Assembly (NCBI GenBank): GCA_963664375.1
Contig: OY761449.1
Span: 2,315,087-2,379,086, forward strand
Direction of reading: 5' to 3'
DNA length: 64,000 nt
From: Dehalococcoidia bacterium
Lineage (GTDB): Bacteria; Chloroflexota; Dehalococcoidia; Lucifugimonadales; UBA3495
Made by a program: the position numbers and the translations under genes. Each line of letters opens with the position of its first letter. The first letter of the stretch is position 1. This document shows, piece by piece, positions 55,083-63,371 of this stretch. The notes beneath the pieces are model-generated. The model made no database searches, was not told the DNA's origin, and saw only the letters and a program-made list of their open reading frames with translations.

Positions 55083-55117
55083 CCCCCACCCTAACCCTCC
55101 CCCGGAGGGAGAGGGAA
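55083..55117 (+). repeat. REP-A element
   Basis: cccccaccctaaccctcccccggagggagagggaac, identical to the copies at 112-147 and 18021-18055. Confidence 0.9.
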
Positions 55118-55190
55118 CCATATAAGGCCCCCTGCCGATGAGCGGCCGATAGGTGACAATTGCGGCTATCGCATTATAGAATTGGGCATC

Positions 55191-55406
55191 ATGCTGAATG
55201 TGTTTTCCGGCAGCATCAGGCGTGTGGGCATCTCCAGGGGCAAGATCGCCGTAATCGCCGTGATAGCGTTTATGACGCTGACCTTCTTCGCCATCGGTTA
55301 CACTGCGCTGGAGCAAGCTGAGGGCAATGCTGCCGCTGCCCAGCAGACCGACTCCGGAGGCCAGACCGACGAAAACATGGCGGTGTCGGCCTTCAAGTTT
55401 GTTTGA
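55191..55406 (+). CDS. Small membrane protein (71 aa), hypothetical
   Basis: High GC3, one TM helix (IAVIAVIAFMTLTFFAIGY), and two stem-loops downstream (55427-55445 and 55469-55492). Confidence 0.4.
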   Translation: MLNVFSGSIRRVGISRGKIAVIAVIAFMTLTFFAIGYTALEQAEGNAAAAQQTDSGGQTDENMAVSAFKFV

Positions 55407-55548
55407 CCGTTGCACTGAATGACGTCGCCGTTGGCGACGTAAACCGGGCAGGCACAAGGCGCGAGCCATCTCGCGCCTTTGCAGTGCCTTGGAAACAATC
55501 GTAAACCACCGTTTCGGCCGATAAGGGCTGTCCAAAGGAGATGACCAG

Positions 55549-56787
55549 ATGATAGCAGGGGAGGCGGGCCTGCCCCCGGAACTGGATGCTTTGAAACTGA
55601 CCATCCGGCAGATCGTCAAGGACGAATGCTACCCGCTGGAGACGGAGTACCTCGCCAACCCCACGCAGGAGGGCGTGGACGACGGCTCCCCCAGGGGCAT
55701 CGCCGAGGCCCTGCAAGGTATCCTCGGCACCCTGTCGCCGGAGCAGTGGGGCCGGCTGAACCGGATTTCCAAGGACACCGGCATCTACACCTCCTTTGTC
55801 CCGGAGGAGTACGGCGGGGGCGGCATGGGCGCACTGGGGCACGTGGTGCTGGACGAGGAGGTGCACAAGAGCATCGTCCAGTTGCCCACCTCGCCGGTGC
55901 CGATGATGATGATCGGCAACTGCACCCCGGAGCAGGAGCGGGAATACCTGATCCCGTCGGTCAACGGCGAGCTGCACTACGCCTTCGGCCAGACCGAGCC
56001 GGAGGCCGGTTCCGACCCCGGCGGAATGATGCAGACCCGCGCGGTGCTGGACGGAGACGACTGGGTGCTCAACGGCACCAAGACCTTCATATCCGGGGGC
56101 GCAAGCGCCGACTACATACTGGTGCAGGCGGTCACCGATCCCGAGCTGCGGCAGCGGGGCGGCATCACCATGTTCATCGTGGACAATCCCAGCCCCGGCC
56201 TGTCCTTCGACCCCATACGCATCTGGATCAATCCCCACAAGAACCAGCAGCACACCATCCACCTGAACAACGTGCGCGTCCCTCAAACCAAGGTGCTGGG
56301 CGAGGTAGGCCGCGGGTTTACGCTGGGCCAGAAGTGGCTGGTGCATCACGACCGGCTGCTGCGCGGCTCCATGGCCCTGGGCATCCTCAGCCGCGCCCTG
56401 GAGATGGCCGTAGAATGGGCCAAGCAGCGGGTCACTTACGGCAGGCCCATTGCCGACCGCCAGGCGATCCAGTGGATGCTGACCGACGTATACATTGACA
56501 TCATGACCCTCCGCGCCGCCACCCGAGAGGCCGCGGCCCGCGCCGACGCGGGCGACGACGTGCGGGTGGAGGCCTCGATGATCAAGTACTGCGCTGGCGA
56601 GTGGGGACACCGCAGCATCGACAAGATCATGCAGGTTTTCGGCGGCACGGGCGAGACTCTCGATCTGCCCATCGCCCACTGGTACCATCTGCTGCGCCAC
56701 GCCCGTATCGGCGGAGGCACGTCGGAAATCCACAAGTTCGTCATGGCCCGCGCCCTGCTGGACGGACGGGTGAACTACCAGGGCTGA
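55549..56787 (+). CDS. Acyl-CoA dehydrogenase family protein
   Basis: YAFGQTEPEAGSD, NGTKTFISGG and GGTSEIHKFVMAR motifs. AAAGGAG RBS. Confidence 0.9.
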   Translation: MIAGEAGLPPELDALKLTIRQIVKDECYPLETEYLANPTQEGVDDGSPRGIAEALQGILGTLSPEQWGRLNRISKDTGIYTSFVPEEYGGGGMGALGHVVLDEEVHKSIVQLPTSPVPMMMIGNCTPEQEREYLIPSVNGELHYAFGQTEPEAGSDPGGMMQTRAVLDGDDWVLNGTKTFISGGASADYILVQAVTDPELRQRGGITMFIVDNPSPGLSFDPIRIWINPHKNQQHTIHLNNVRVPQTKVLGEVGRGFTLGQKWLVHHDRLLRGSMALGILSRALEMAVEWAKQRVTYGRPIADRQAIQWMLTDVYIDIMTLRAATREAAARADAGDDVRVEASMIKYCAGEWGHRSIDKIMQVFGGTGETLDLPIAHWYHLLRHARIGGGTSEIHKFVMARALLDGRVNYQG

Positions 56788-56827
56788 CGGCGTACCCTCA
56801 CCTAAACGCTCCCGAAGGAGAATCCTC

Positions 56828-57754
56828 ATGGCGCTGCTAACCGGACGCAACCGGCTCTATCTGGTGATGGCGACCCTGGCGCTGGCCCTGCTGCTCACCG
56901 CCGCCTGGGCGACTCTGGCAGGGGCGCAGGAGCAGGATTCCGGCGAGGAGAGCGCGGCGGACAGTGATTCGGGCGTGCCTTACGACGGCCCTTCCGGCAT
57001 CTGGGTGACGGGCACCGGCAAGGCCAGCGGCGAGCCGGACATCGCCGTCGTCTCCCTGGGCGTTGAGTCCCTCGAAGACACGGCGGCATCCGCCCGCGCC
57101 GCAGCCTCCTCCGCAATGGCCAAGGTCATGTCCGCGCTGCTCCGGGCCGGAGTCGATTCGAAGGACATCCAGACCAGTTACTTCAGCATCAGTCCCCGGT
57201 ACGAATGGGCGGAAGTCGAGCGTTGCGAAGACGATGACGGCGCGAAAGAAACGGACGCCGAAGAAACGCCGGAAGATGCGGACGGCTTTACCGAACTATC
57301 CTGCTACTATGTTTCGGAAAGGCGTCTCATCGGCTACTCAGTCTCCAACCAGGCGACGGTGAAGATCCGGAAGCTGAGCAATTCAGGAAAGCTGATTGAC
57401 CAGGTAGCCGAGGCCGCTGGCGACCTGGTGCGCATCAACGGCATCAGGTTCGACATCGACAACCCGCAACCGTTGCAGGACCAGGCAATGGCCGACGCCG
57501 TAGCCGACATGAAGCGGAATGCCCAAATGCTCGCCGACTTGTCGGGCGTCAAGCTGGGCCGGCTGGTCTACATCAACGAGGAAGCCCCCTACCTCCCCGC
57601 TCAGCCCCTCTATGGGCGGGCCGAGGCCGCTTTCGCCGACACTTACGCTGGCGAAACGCCGCTATCGGGGGGCGGGCTTGAATACGGCATGACCGTTCGG
57701 GGCGTCTTCCTGATAGCCGGTGAAGCGGAACCGGAGGAAACGCCAACACCGTAG
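56828..57754 (+). CDS. SIMPL-domain (DUF541) secreted protein
   Basis: Signal peptide. The pattern IWVTGTGKASGEPDIAVVSLGVE...A...AM..V...L...GV...DIQT is typical of the SIMPL/26-kDa periplasmic protein family. Confidence 0.75.
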   Translation: MALLTGRNRLYLVMATLALALLLTAAWATLAGAQEQDSGEESAADSDSGVPYDGPSGIWVTGTGKASGEPDIAVVSLGVESLEDTAASARAAASSAMAKVMSALLRAGVDSKDIQTSYFSISPRYEWAEVERCEDDDGAKETDAEETPEDADGFTELSCYYVSERRLIGYSVSNQATVKIRKLSNSGKLIDQVAEAAGDLVRINGIRFDIDNPQPLQDQAMADAVADMKRNAQMLADLSGVKLGRLVYINEEAPYLPAQPLYGRAEAAFADTYAGETPLSGGGLEYGMTVRGVFLIAGEAEPEETPTP

Positions 57755-57872
57755 GCCCCCGGCAACCCGGCGGACTGGCCGCCGTCCCGGTAGCCTGCGG
57801 TTGCCGGGGCAAGGCCCCATTGTTAGAATTCGGACAATATTTCAAAACTGCGGATGCTGACAGAAGTTGTTC

Positions 57873-58487
57873 ATGGTACTTAGCGACCATACGATCAAGG
57901 AGGAACTGGAAAAAGGCCGAATCGTCATCGACCCACTTGACCCTGCCGACATTCAGCCCGCCAGCGTTGACCTTCGCCTCGACCGCAAGATATTGGTCTT
58001 TTCCAATTCCAGACGGCCTCACATAGACGTCAGGATGGGCATGGACGACCTCACGGAAACCGTGCGGATCGAAGACGAGATTCCGTTCATTCTCCATCCC
58101 GGCGAATTCGTTCTCGGCAGCACCCTCGAACACATCGAGCTTCCCGATGACCTGGTGGCCCGGCTGGAGGGAAAGAGCAGCCTGGGGCGCATCGGTCTGG
58201 TGATTCACTCGACGGCGGGGTTCGTCGATCCGGGCTGGAAAGGCCACCTGACGCTGGAGCTGAGCAACCTGGCGAGACTGCCCATCACGCTTTACTACGG
58301 GATGAAGATAGGCCAGATTTCGTACCTGCGGCTCACCACCCCGGCCGACCGGCTGTATGGCTCCGAGGGCTTGGGCAGCAAGTACCAGGGCCAGACAGAG
58401 CCGACGGCAAGCCGTTTTTCGCAGGAATTCACCGGCCCCGGCACGCCGATTCGAACCTCCTCGCACACCCCCAAGGGCGGCAGGTAA
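57873..58487 (+). CDS. dcd: dCTP deaminase
   Basis: MVLSDHTIKEELEKGRIVIDP...IQPASVDLRL...EGKSSLGRIGL...PGWKGHLTLEL. A C-terminal extension of about 25 aa. Confidence 0.9.
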   Translation: MVLSDHTIKEELEKGRIVIDPLDPADIQPASVDLRLDRKILVFSNSRRPHIDVRMGMDDLTETVRIEDEIPFILHPGEFVLGSTLEHIELPDDLVARLEGKSSLGRIGLVIHSTAGFVDPGWKGHLTLELSNLARLPITLYYGMKIGQISYLRLTTPADRLYGSEGLGSKYQGQTEPTASRFSQEFTGPGTPIRTSSHTPKGGR

Positions 58488-58498
58488 AGGGCCGCGAA

Positions 58499-59611
58499 AT
58501 GAGCTTCATGGCCCGGGCCATCGAGTTGGCGCGTTCCGCTTTGGGGTCCACAAGCCCCAACCCGGCGGTCGGCGCGGTGCTGGTCAAGGACGGACGGGTG
58601 GTCGGCGAGGGGGCAACCCGTCCGCCGGGCCAGGCCCACGCCGAGGTCGTCGCCCTCCGGCAAGCCGGTGAAAGCGCCGGAAACGCAACGCTGTACGTCA
58701 CGCTGGAGCCTTGCTGCCACTGGGGGCGCACTCCGCCCTGTACCCGCGCTGTCATCGAGGCCGGGGTTGCCGAGGTGGTCGTAGCGGTCTCCGATCCCAA
58801 CCCGGTAGTGGCTGGCAAGGGCATCGCGGAGTTGCGGGAGGCGGGCATTGCCGTCTCCCTCCTGAATGGGAACCTGCAATCCTGCCAGGATGTCAGAGAG
58901 CTTTACGAGGGTTTCGCCAAGCACATCGCGACCGGCCTGCCCTACGTGCTAGCCAAGTTCGCCATGAGCCTGGACGGTAAGATAGCCACGCACACCGGCG
59001 ACTCCAAGTGGGTGACCGGGCCCGAGGCCCGCGCGCTGGTGCAGCAGATGCGACGGCAGACCGACGCAATCATGGTCGGGGCCAACACCGTCCTGGCCGA
59101 CGATCCGCAACTGACGGCCCGTGGCGACGACAACCAACCCCTGTCGAGGCAGCCCGTCCGGGTCGCCCTAGACAGCCAGTGCCGGATGCCCGTCCGGTCT
59201 CAACTCCTGCGGCAGCCCGGCCAGACGCTGGTATACACCACCGACGCTGCCCCCGCGGGCAACGTCGGCGGCCTGCTGCGGGCCGGCGCCGAGGTCGTGC
59301 CGGTCGGCGCCACTGGCGAGGGACTGGTCAGCCCCCGGGAGGTACTGGCCGATCTGGGGAAACGCGGAATCGTCAACCTGCTGGTGGAGGGCGGCGGCAA
59401 GACTCTCGGCTCGTTCTTCGACGACGGGCTGGTTGACAAGGTGCAGGCATTCGTCGCCCCGGTCATCATCGGCGGCAGCGGCGCAGCCTCGCCGGTGGAG
59501 GGAGTGGGCGCGGCGGCGATGTCGAATACTCACCGGCTGGAGGGCGCGTCAATCCGGCAGGTTGGCCCCGACTGGCTGATTACGGGATACCCTGAGATTC
59601 CATGTCCCTAG
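58499..59611 (+). CDS. ribD: Bifunctional diaminohydroxyphosphoribosylaminopyrimidine deaminase / 5-amino-6-(5-phosphoribosylamino)uracil reductase
   Basis: Deaminase zinc motif HAEVVAL...LEPCCHWGRTPPC, followed by the reductase domain (KFAMSLDGKIAT...VEGGG). Confidence 0.95.
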   Translation: MSFMARAIELARSALGSTSPNPAVGAVLVKDGRVVGEGATRPPGQAHAEVVALRQAGESAGNATLYVTLEPCCHWGRTPPCTRAVIEAGVAEVVVAVSDPNPVVAGKGIAELREAGIAVSLLNGNLQSCQDVRELYEGFAKHIATGLPYVLAKFAMSLDGKIATHTGDSKWVTGPEARALVQQMRRQTDAIMVGANTVLADDPQLTARGDDNQPLSRQPVRVALDSQCRMPVRSQLLRQPGQTLVYTTDAAPAGNVGGLLRAGAEVVPVGATGEGLVSPREVLADLGKRGIVNLLVEGGGKTLGSFFDDGLVDKVQAFVAPVIIGGSGAASPVEGVGAAAMSNTHRLEGASIRQVGPDWLITGYPEIPCP

Positions 59612-59631
59612 GGAGTGACGGCAAATCGCCC

Positions 59632-59726
59632 CGTCATTCCGGCGAAAGCCGAAATCCAGGGCTTACGCCTCCGAATCATTCTGCGGGATTTAGCGATTCT
59701 GGATTCCGGCTTTCGCCGGAATGACG
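59632..59726. repeat. Family-B element (27-bp inverted arms around a 41-bp centre) between ribD and ribE
   Basis: cgtcattccggcgaaagccgaaatccag ... ctggattccggctttcgccggaatgacg. Same architecture as the core of the MITE at 13389-13493. Confidence 0.85.
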
Positions 59727-59797
59727 GAAATAAAGCCTCCGCAAGTGGGGGATTCCAATTTGACGACACTCTCTAAACTTGAAGGAGCGGCGCTGAG

Positions 59798-60373
59798 ATG
59801 TTTACTGGCATAGTCGAGGAGGTTGGCGCAGTGGCCTCCATCAGCCACAACGGGATGACCGTTCGCGCAGAAACAGTCCTGTCCGACCTGAAGCTGGGCG
59901 ACAGCATTGCGGTGAACGGCGCCTGTCTGACGGCCGTTGCCATCGGGGATTCAGAATTCTCCGTGGACCTGTCGCCGGAGACGATGCGGCGCACTTCGCT
60001 GGGCGATCTGTCCGCTGGCAGCGCCGTAAACCTGGAGCGGGCGCTCGCTGCCAGCGACCGGATGGGCGGGCACATCGTGCAGGGCCACGTCGACGGAACG
60101 GGGCGCGTCACATCAACCAAGGACGACGGCGATTCCGTGATTTACCGGGTAAGGGCCCCCGCCAGGCTGATGCCCTACATCGTGGAGAAGGGGTTCATCG
60201 CAGTTGACGGTATAAGTTTGACCGTGGTAAAAGTAGGCACTTCCTCGTTCACCCTCGCTGTGATACCATACACACTCCATAATACTAACCTGCAAACAAT
60301 ATCCGCGGGCGCAAGGGTGAACCTCGAGGCCGACATACTGGCCAAATACGTGGAAAATCTGCTCAAAAGGTAA
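59798..60373 (+). CDS. ribE: Riboflavin synthase (alpha subunit)
   Basis: MFTGIVEEVG start and two lumazine-binding repeats (GDSIAVNGACLT / GFIAVDGISLT). Confidence 0.95.
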   Translation: MFTGIVEEVGAVASISHNGMTVRAETVLSDLKLGDSIAVNGACLTAVAIGDSEFSVDLSPETMRRTSLGDLSAGSAVNLERALAASDRMGGHIVQGHVDGTGRVTSTKDDGDSVIYRVRAPARLMPYIVEKGFIAVDGISLTVVKVGTSSFTLAVIPYTLHNTNLQTISAGARVNLEADILAKYVENLLKR

Positions 60374-60413
60374 TCCCGCGCGGCGCACGCGAGGTCAGGA
60401 GAAGGACTGGAAT

Positions 60414-61619
60414 ATGCCCCTGTGTAGTCTGGAAGAAGCACTGGACGACCTGAAAGCGGGCAAGCTGCTGATCGTAGTAGACGACGAGGACCGGGAGAAC
60501 GAGGGCGACCTTGTGATGCCGGCAGAGACAGTCACCCCGGAGGCAATCAACTTCATCGTGAAGTATGCCCGGGGTCTGCTTTGTATGCCCGTCATTGGCG
60601 AGCGGCTGGATGAACTCCAGATGCCGCTGATGATCAGCGAGAATACCGGCAGGAAGGACCAGACTGCTTTCACTGTTTCGGTGGATTACAAGACCGGAAC
60701 GACCACGGGCATTTCCGCTTTCGACCGCGCCGCCACCGTCAGGGCGATGATTGATCCGTCGGCCTCGGGCGACGACTTCACGCGGCCGGGGCACCTGTTC
60801 CCGCTGCGCTACCATCCCGGCGGCGTGCTGGCCCGGCCCGGCCACACCGAGGCCATCGTAGACCTGTGCAACATCGCCGGAATGTACCCGGCCGGCATCG
60901 TCTGCGAAATGATGAACGACGACGGGTCGATGTCCCGGCTCCCGGAACTGGAGGAGTTCGCCGAGGTACACGACCTGAAGATCCTGAGCATCGCCCAGAT
61001 CGTCGCTCACCGTCGGCACAGCGAGCGCTTGATCGAACGGGTTGCCGAAACGCGCCTGCCGACTCGCTACGGGGAGTTCAAGGCCATCGGATACCGCAGC
61101 TACTACGACCAGGGCGAGCATATCGCCCTGACCATCGGAGAATGGAAGGCGGACGACCCGGTGATGGTGCGCATCCACAGCGAGTGCCTTACCGGCGACG
61201 TTTTCGGCAGCATGCGCTGCGACTGTGGAGAGCAGCTTGAACTGGCCATGAAAACCCTGGCGGAAGAAGGCACCGGCGTGCTGCTGTACATGCGGCAGGA
61301 GGGCCGGGGCATCGGCCTGCACAACAAGATCAAAGCCTACTCTCTGCAAGACCACGGCCTGGACACCGTGGAGGCCAACAAGACGCTGGGGTTCGCCGCC
61401 GACCTGCGCCACTACGAGGCGGGGGCCCAGATCCTGCTGGACATCGGCGTCTCAAGGCTGAGACTCCTCACCAACAACCCGGGAAAGCTCGTCGGGCTTT
61501 CGGGCTTCGGCCTGGACATTCAGGACAGGATCCCCCTGGAAGTGCCAGTCAACGACGAGAACCGCCGCTACCTCAACACCAAGAGGATCCGGCTGGGCCA
61601 CCTGCTGGGCAACTGCTAG
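60414..61619 (+). CDS. ribBA: Bifunctional 3,4-dihydroxy-2-butanone-4-phosphate synthase / GTP cyclohydrolase II
   Basis: DRENEGDLV and GHTEA motifs (RibB) followed by RIHSECLTGDVFGSMRCDCGEQL (RibA zinc site). Confidence 0.95.
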   Translation: MPLCSLEEALDDLKAGKLLIVVDDEDRENEGDLVMPAETVTPEAINFIVKYARGLLCMPVIGERLDELQMPLMISENTGRKDQTAFTVSVDYKTGTTTGISAFDRAATVRAMIDPSASGDDFTRPGHLFPLRYHPGGVLARPGHTEAIVDLCNIAGMYPAGIVCEMMNDDGSMSRLPELEEFAEVHDLKILSIAQIVAHRRHSERLIERVAETRLPTRYGEFKAIGYRSYYDQGEHIALTIGEWKADDPVMVRIHSECLTGDVFGSMRCDCGEQLELAMKTLAEEGTGVLLYMRQEGRGIGLHNKIKAYSLQDHGLDTVEANKTLGFAADLRHYEAGAQILLDIGVSRLRLLTNNPGKLVGLSGFGLDIQDRIPLEVPVNDENRRYLNTKRIRLGHLLGNC

Positions 61620-61691
61620 GGCCATTGGCGAACGATGCGCACTTGATAGAGTGGTAGAGGCAGGGCCACAGGCGGATTCGGGATAGCGGAA

Positions 61692-62138
61692 GTGAATGGA
61701 ATGACCACTCCAAATCAATCAGAAAACCAGTCCATCCGCGATGCAATAACCTCCCTTCAGACGGCGATTTCGCACACGCAGGCCACCGGGGAAGCATCGC
61801 AGATCACAAAGGACACGGCACAAGCGGCGAGAGATGCGGCTCAGGTAGCCAGCGAAACTGCGCAGGCCGCCAGGGAAGCCGCCCAAGTTGCAGAAGCCGC
61901 TGCTCAAGCGGCCAGCAATGCCGCGCGAGCGGCCAGCAATGCCGCTGAGTCCGCCGCGGCCGTAGGGCGGAGGGCCGCCGCCGCTGCTGCTGCCTGCACC
62001 GATGCCGCGGCCACCGCATCCGCGTCTTCCGCCGCCAGCGTAGCCGCCATAGACGCCGCCACCAACGCCCTCATCCGCCTGGAAGCAGCCATGGTCAATC
62101 GCCGCTGCCCCCACTGCGGACAGCTAGTTGCCGCATAA
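61692..62138 (+). CDS. Ala-rich repeat protein with a C-terminal CPHCG knuckle (148 aa), unknown function
   Basis: Degenerate repeats (AQAARDAAQVASETAQAAREAAQVAEAAAQAASNAARAASNAA) and over 40% Ala. Ends in NRRCPHCGQLVAA. A family-C hairpin lies 4 nt after the stop. Confidence 0.5.
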   Translation: MNGMTTPNQSENQSIRDAITSLQTAISHTQATGEASQITKDTAQAARDAAQVASETAQAAREAAQVAEAAAQAASNAARAASNAAESAAAVGRRAAAAAAACTDAAATASASSAASVAAIDAATNALIRLEAAMVNRRCPHCGQLVAA

Positions 62139-62141
62139 TCG

Positions 62142-62169
62142 GTAGGGGCGCACCGTTGTGCGTCCCTAT
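62142..62169. repeat. Family-C hairpin repeat (diverged)
   Basis: gtaggggcgcaccgttgtgcgtccctat, between convergent genes. Confidence 0.75.
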
Positions 62170-62199
62170 GATTTGTCACGACAACACCCCTTCCCGCGC

Positions 62200-63304
62200 C
62201 TACTCCCCCTCTCCCAGCCGGTGCATCAGGTAGGCTTCTATGAACGGGTCTATCTGGCCGGATAGCACGTTGTCGGGGTTGGTGCTTTGCAGGTTGGTGC
62301 GGTGGTCCTTGACCGACTTGTACGGGTGTAGCACGTAGCTGCGGATCTGGTGGCCCCACTCGGGATTGGCGCGCTCCCCGCGGATCTTCGCCAGTTCCTC
62401 GGCGCGCTCGTCGTCCTGGCGCTTCAGCAGCCTGGCCCGCAGGATGCGCATGGCGTACTCGCGGTTCTGGTGCTGCGAGCGCTCCGTCTGGCAGGACACA
62501 ACGATGCCAGTCGGGAGGTGGGTTAGCCGGACGGCGGAGGCCACCTTCTGCACGTTCTGTCCACCCGGCCCGCTGGAGCGGAACGTGTCCATCTTGATGT
62601 CCTCCGGCCGGATGTCGATGTCCGATTCGCTTTCCACTGCCGGGAGTATCTCGACGTTGGCGAATGACGTATGGCGCAGGTTGTTGGGGTCGTAGGGCGA
62701 CAGCCGCACCAGACGATGCACGCCCTGCTCGGCGCTCAGGTATCCGAAGGCGTGGTCGCCGCCAACCTCGAGAATCCCGCTGCGCAGGCCCGCCTCGTCG
62801 CCGTAGGACAAGTCCATGACCTCCAGAGGCCTCTTACCGCCCTCGGCCCAGCCCACGTACATTTGCAACAACATCTGCGCCCAGTCGTGGGAGTCGGTGC
62901 CTCCGGCGCCGGAGTGGATGCTCACGATGGCCGCGCGCTCGTCGTACGGGCCGGAGAGGGTGAGCTTCATTTCCTCGCGGGCCAAGTCGTCAGACAAGAC
63001 TTCGGCATCGGCCTCCAACTGCTCTTCCAGAGAGGCATCGTCCTCGTCGATTGCCAGTTCAGTGAGTTCAAGCAGGTCGGAACTTCGCGACTCCATGTCC
63101 CGCCACGGTACCACGGCATCGCGCAGGCGGCTTATCTGCCGCATCTTGGCTTGGGCTTGCTGATGGTCGTTCCAGAAGTCCGGTTCGGCAGACTCCTCTT
63201 CCAGTTCTGCTATCTGGAGTTCCTTGCCGGGGAGGTCAAAGACGCTCCACCACGGACGCCACTTTCTGGGCCAGGGCTGCCAGGTTTTGCCTCAGTTGTT
63301 CCAT
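62200..63304 (-). CDS. prfB: Peptide chain release factor 2, with a programmed +1 frameshift
   Basis: Frame 0 reads MEQLRQNLAALAQKVASVVERL then TGA at 63238-63236. Frame +1 continues DLPGKELQIAELEEESAEPDFWND...SPYDPNNLRHTSFA...GPGGQNVQKV (GGQ) to the stop at 62200. Confidence 0.95.
63235..63252 (-). promoter_or_regulatory. prfB +1 frameshift site CTT TGA C with an upstream internal SD-like GGTGGAG
   Basis: The minus strand reads GTGGTGGAGCGTCTTTGAC, the same architecture as the canonical RF2 autoregulatory site. Confidence 0.9.
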
Positions 63305-63371
63305 GGTGAATCTGTCTCCAATACCTGAGATTGCCGGACTTGAAATACCGGACTCGAAATTACCGGGCTGG

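Noticed and set aside
57755-58498. FMN (RFN) riboswitch ahead of the riboflavin genes
   Set aside because: The ribD start is 11 nt after dcd, and the region upstream of dcd shows only a GC-rich terminator-like hairpin (CCCCGGCAACC...GGTTGCCGGGG), not the conserved RFN core.
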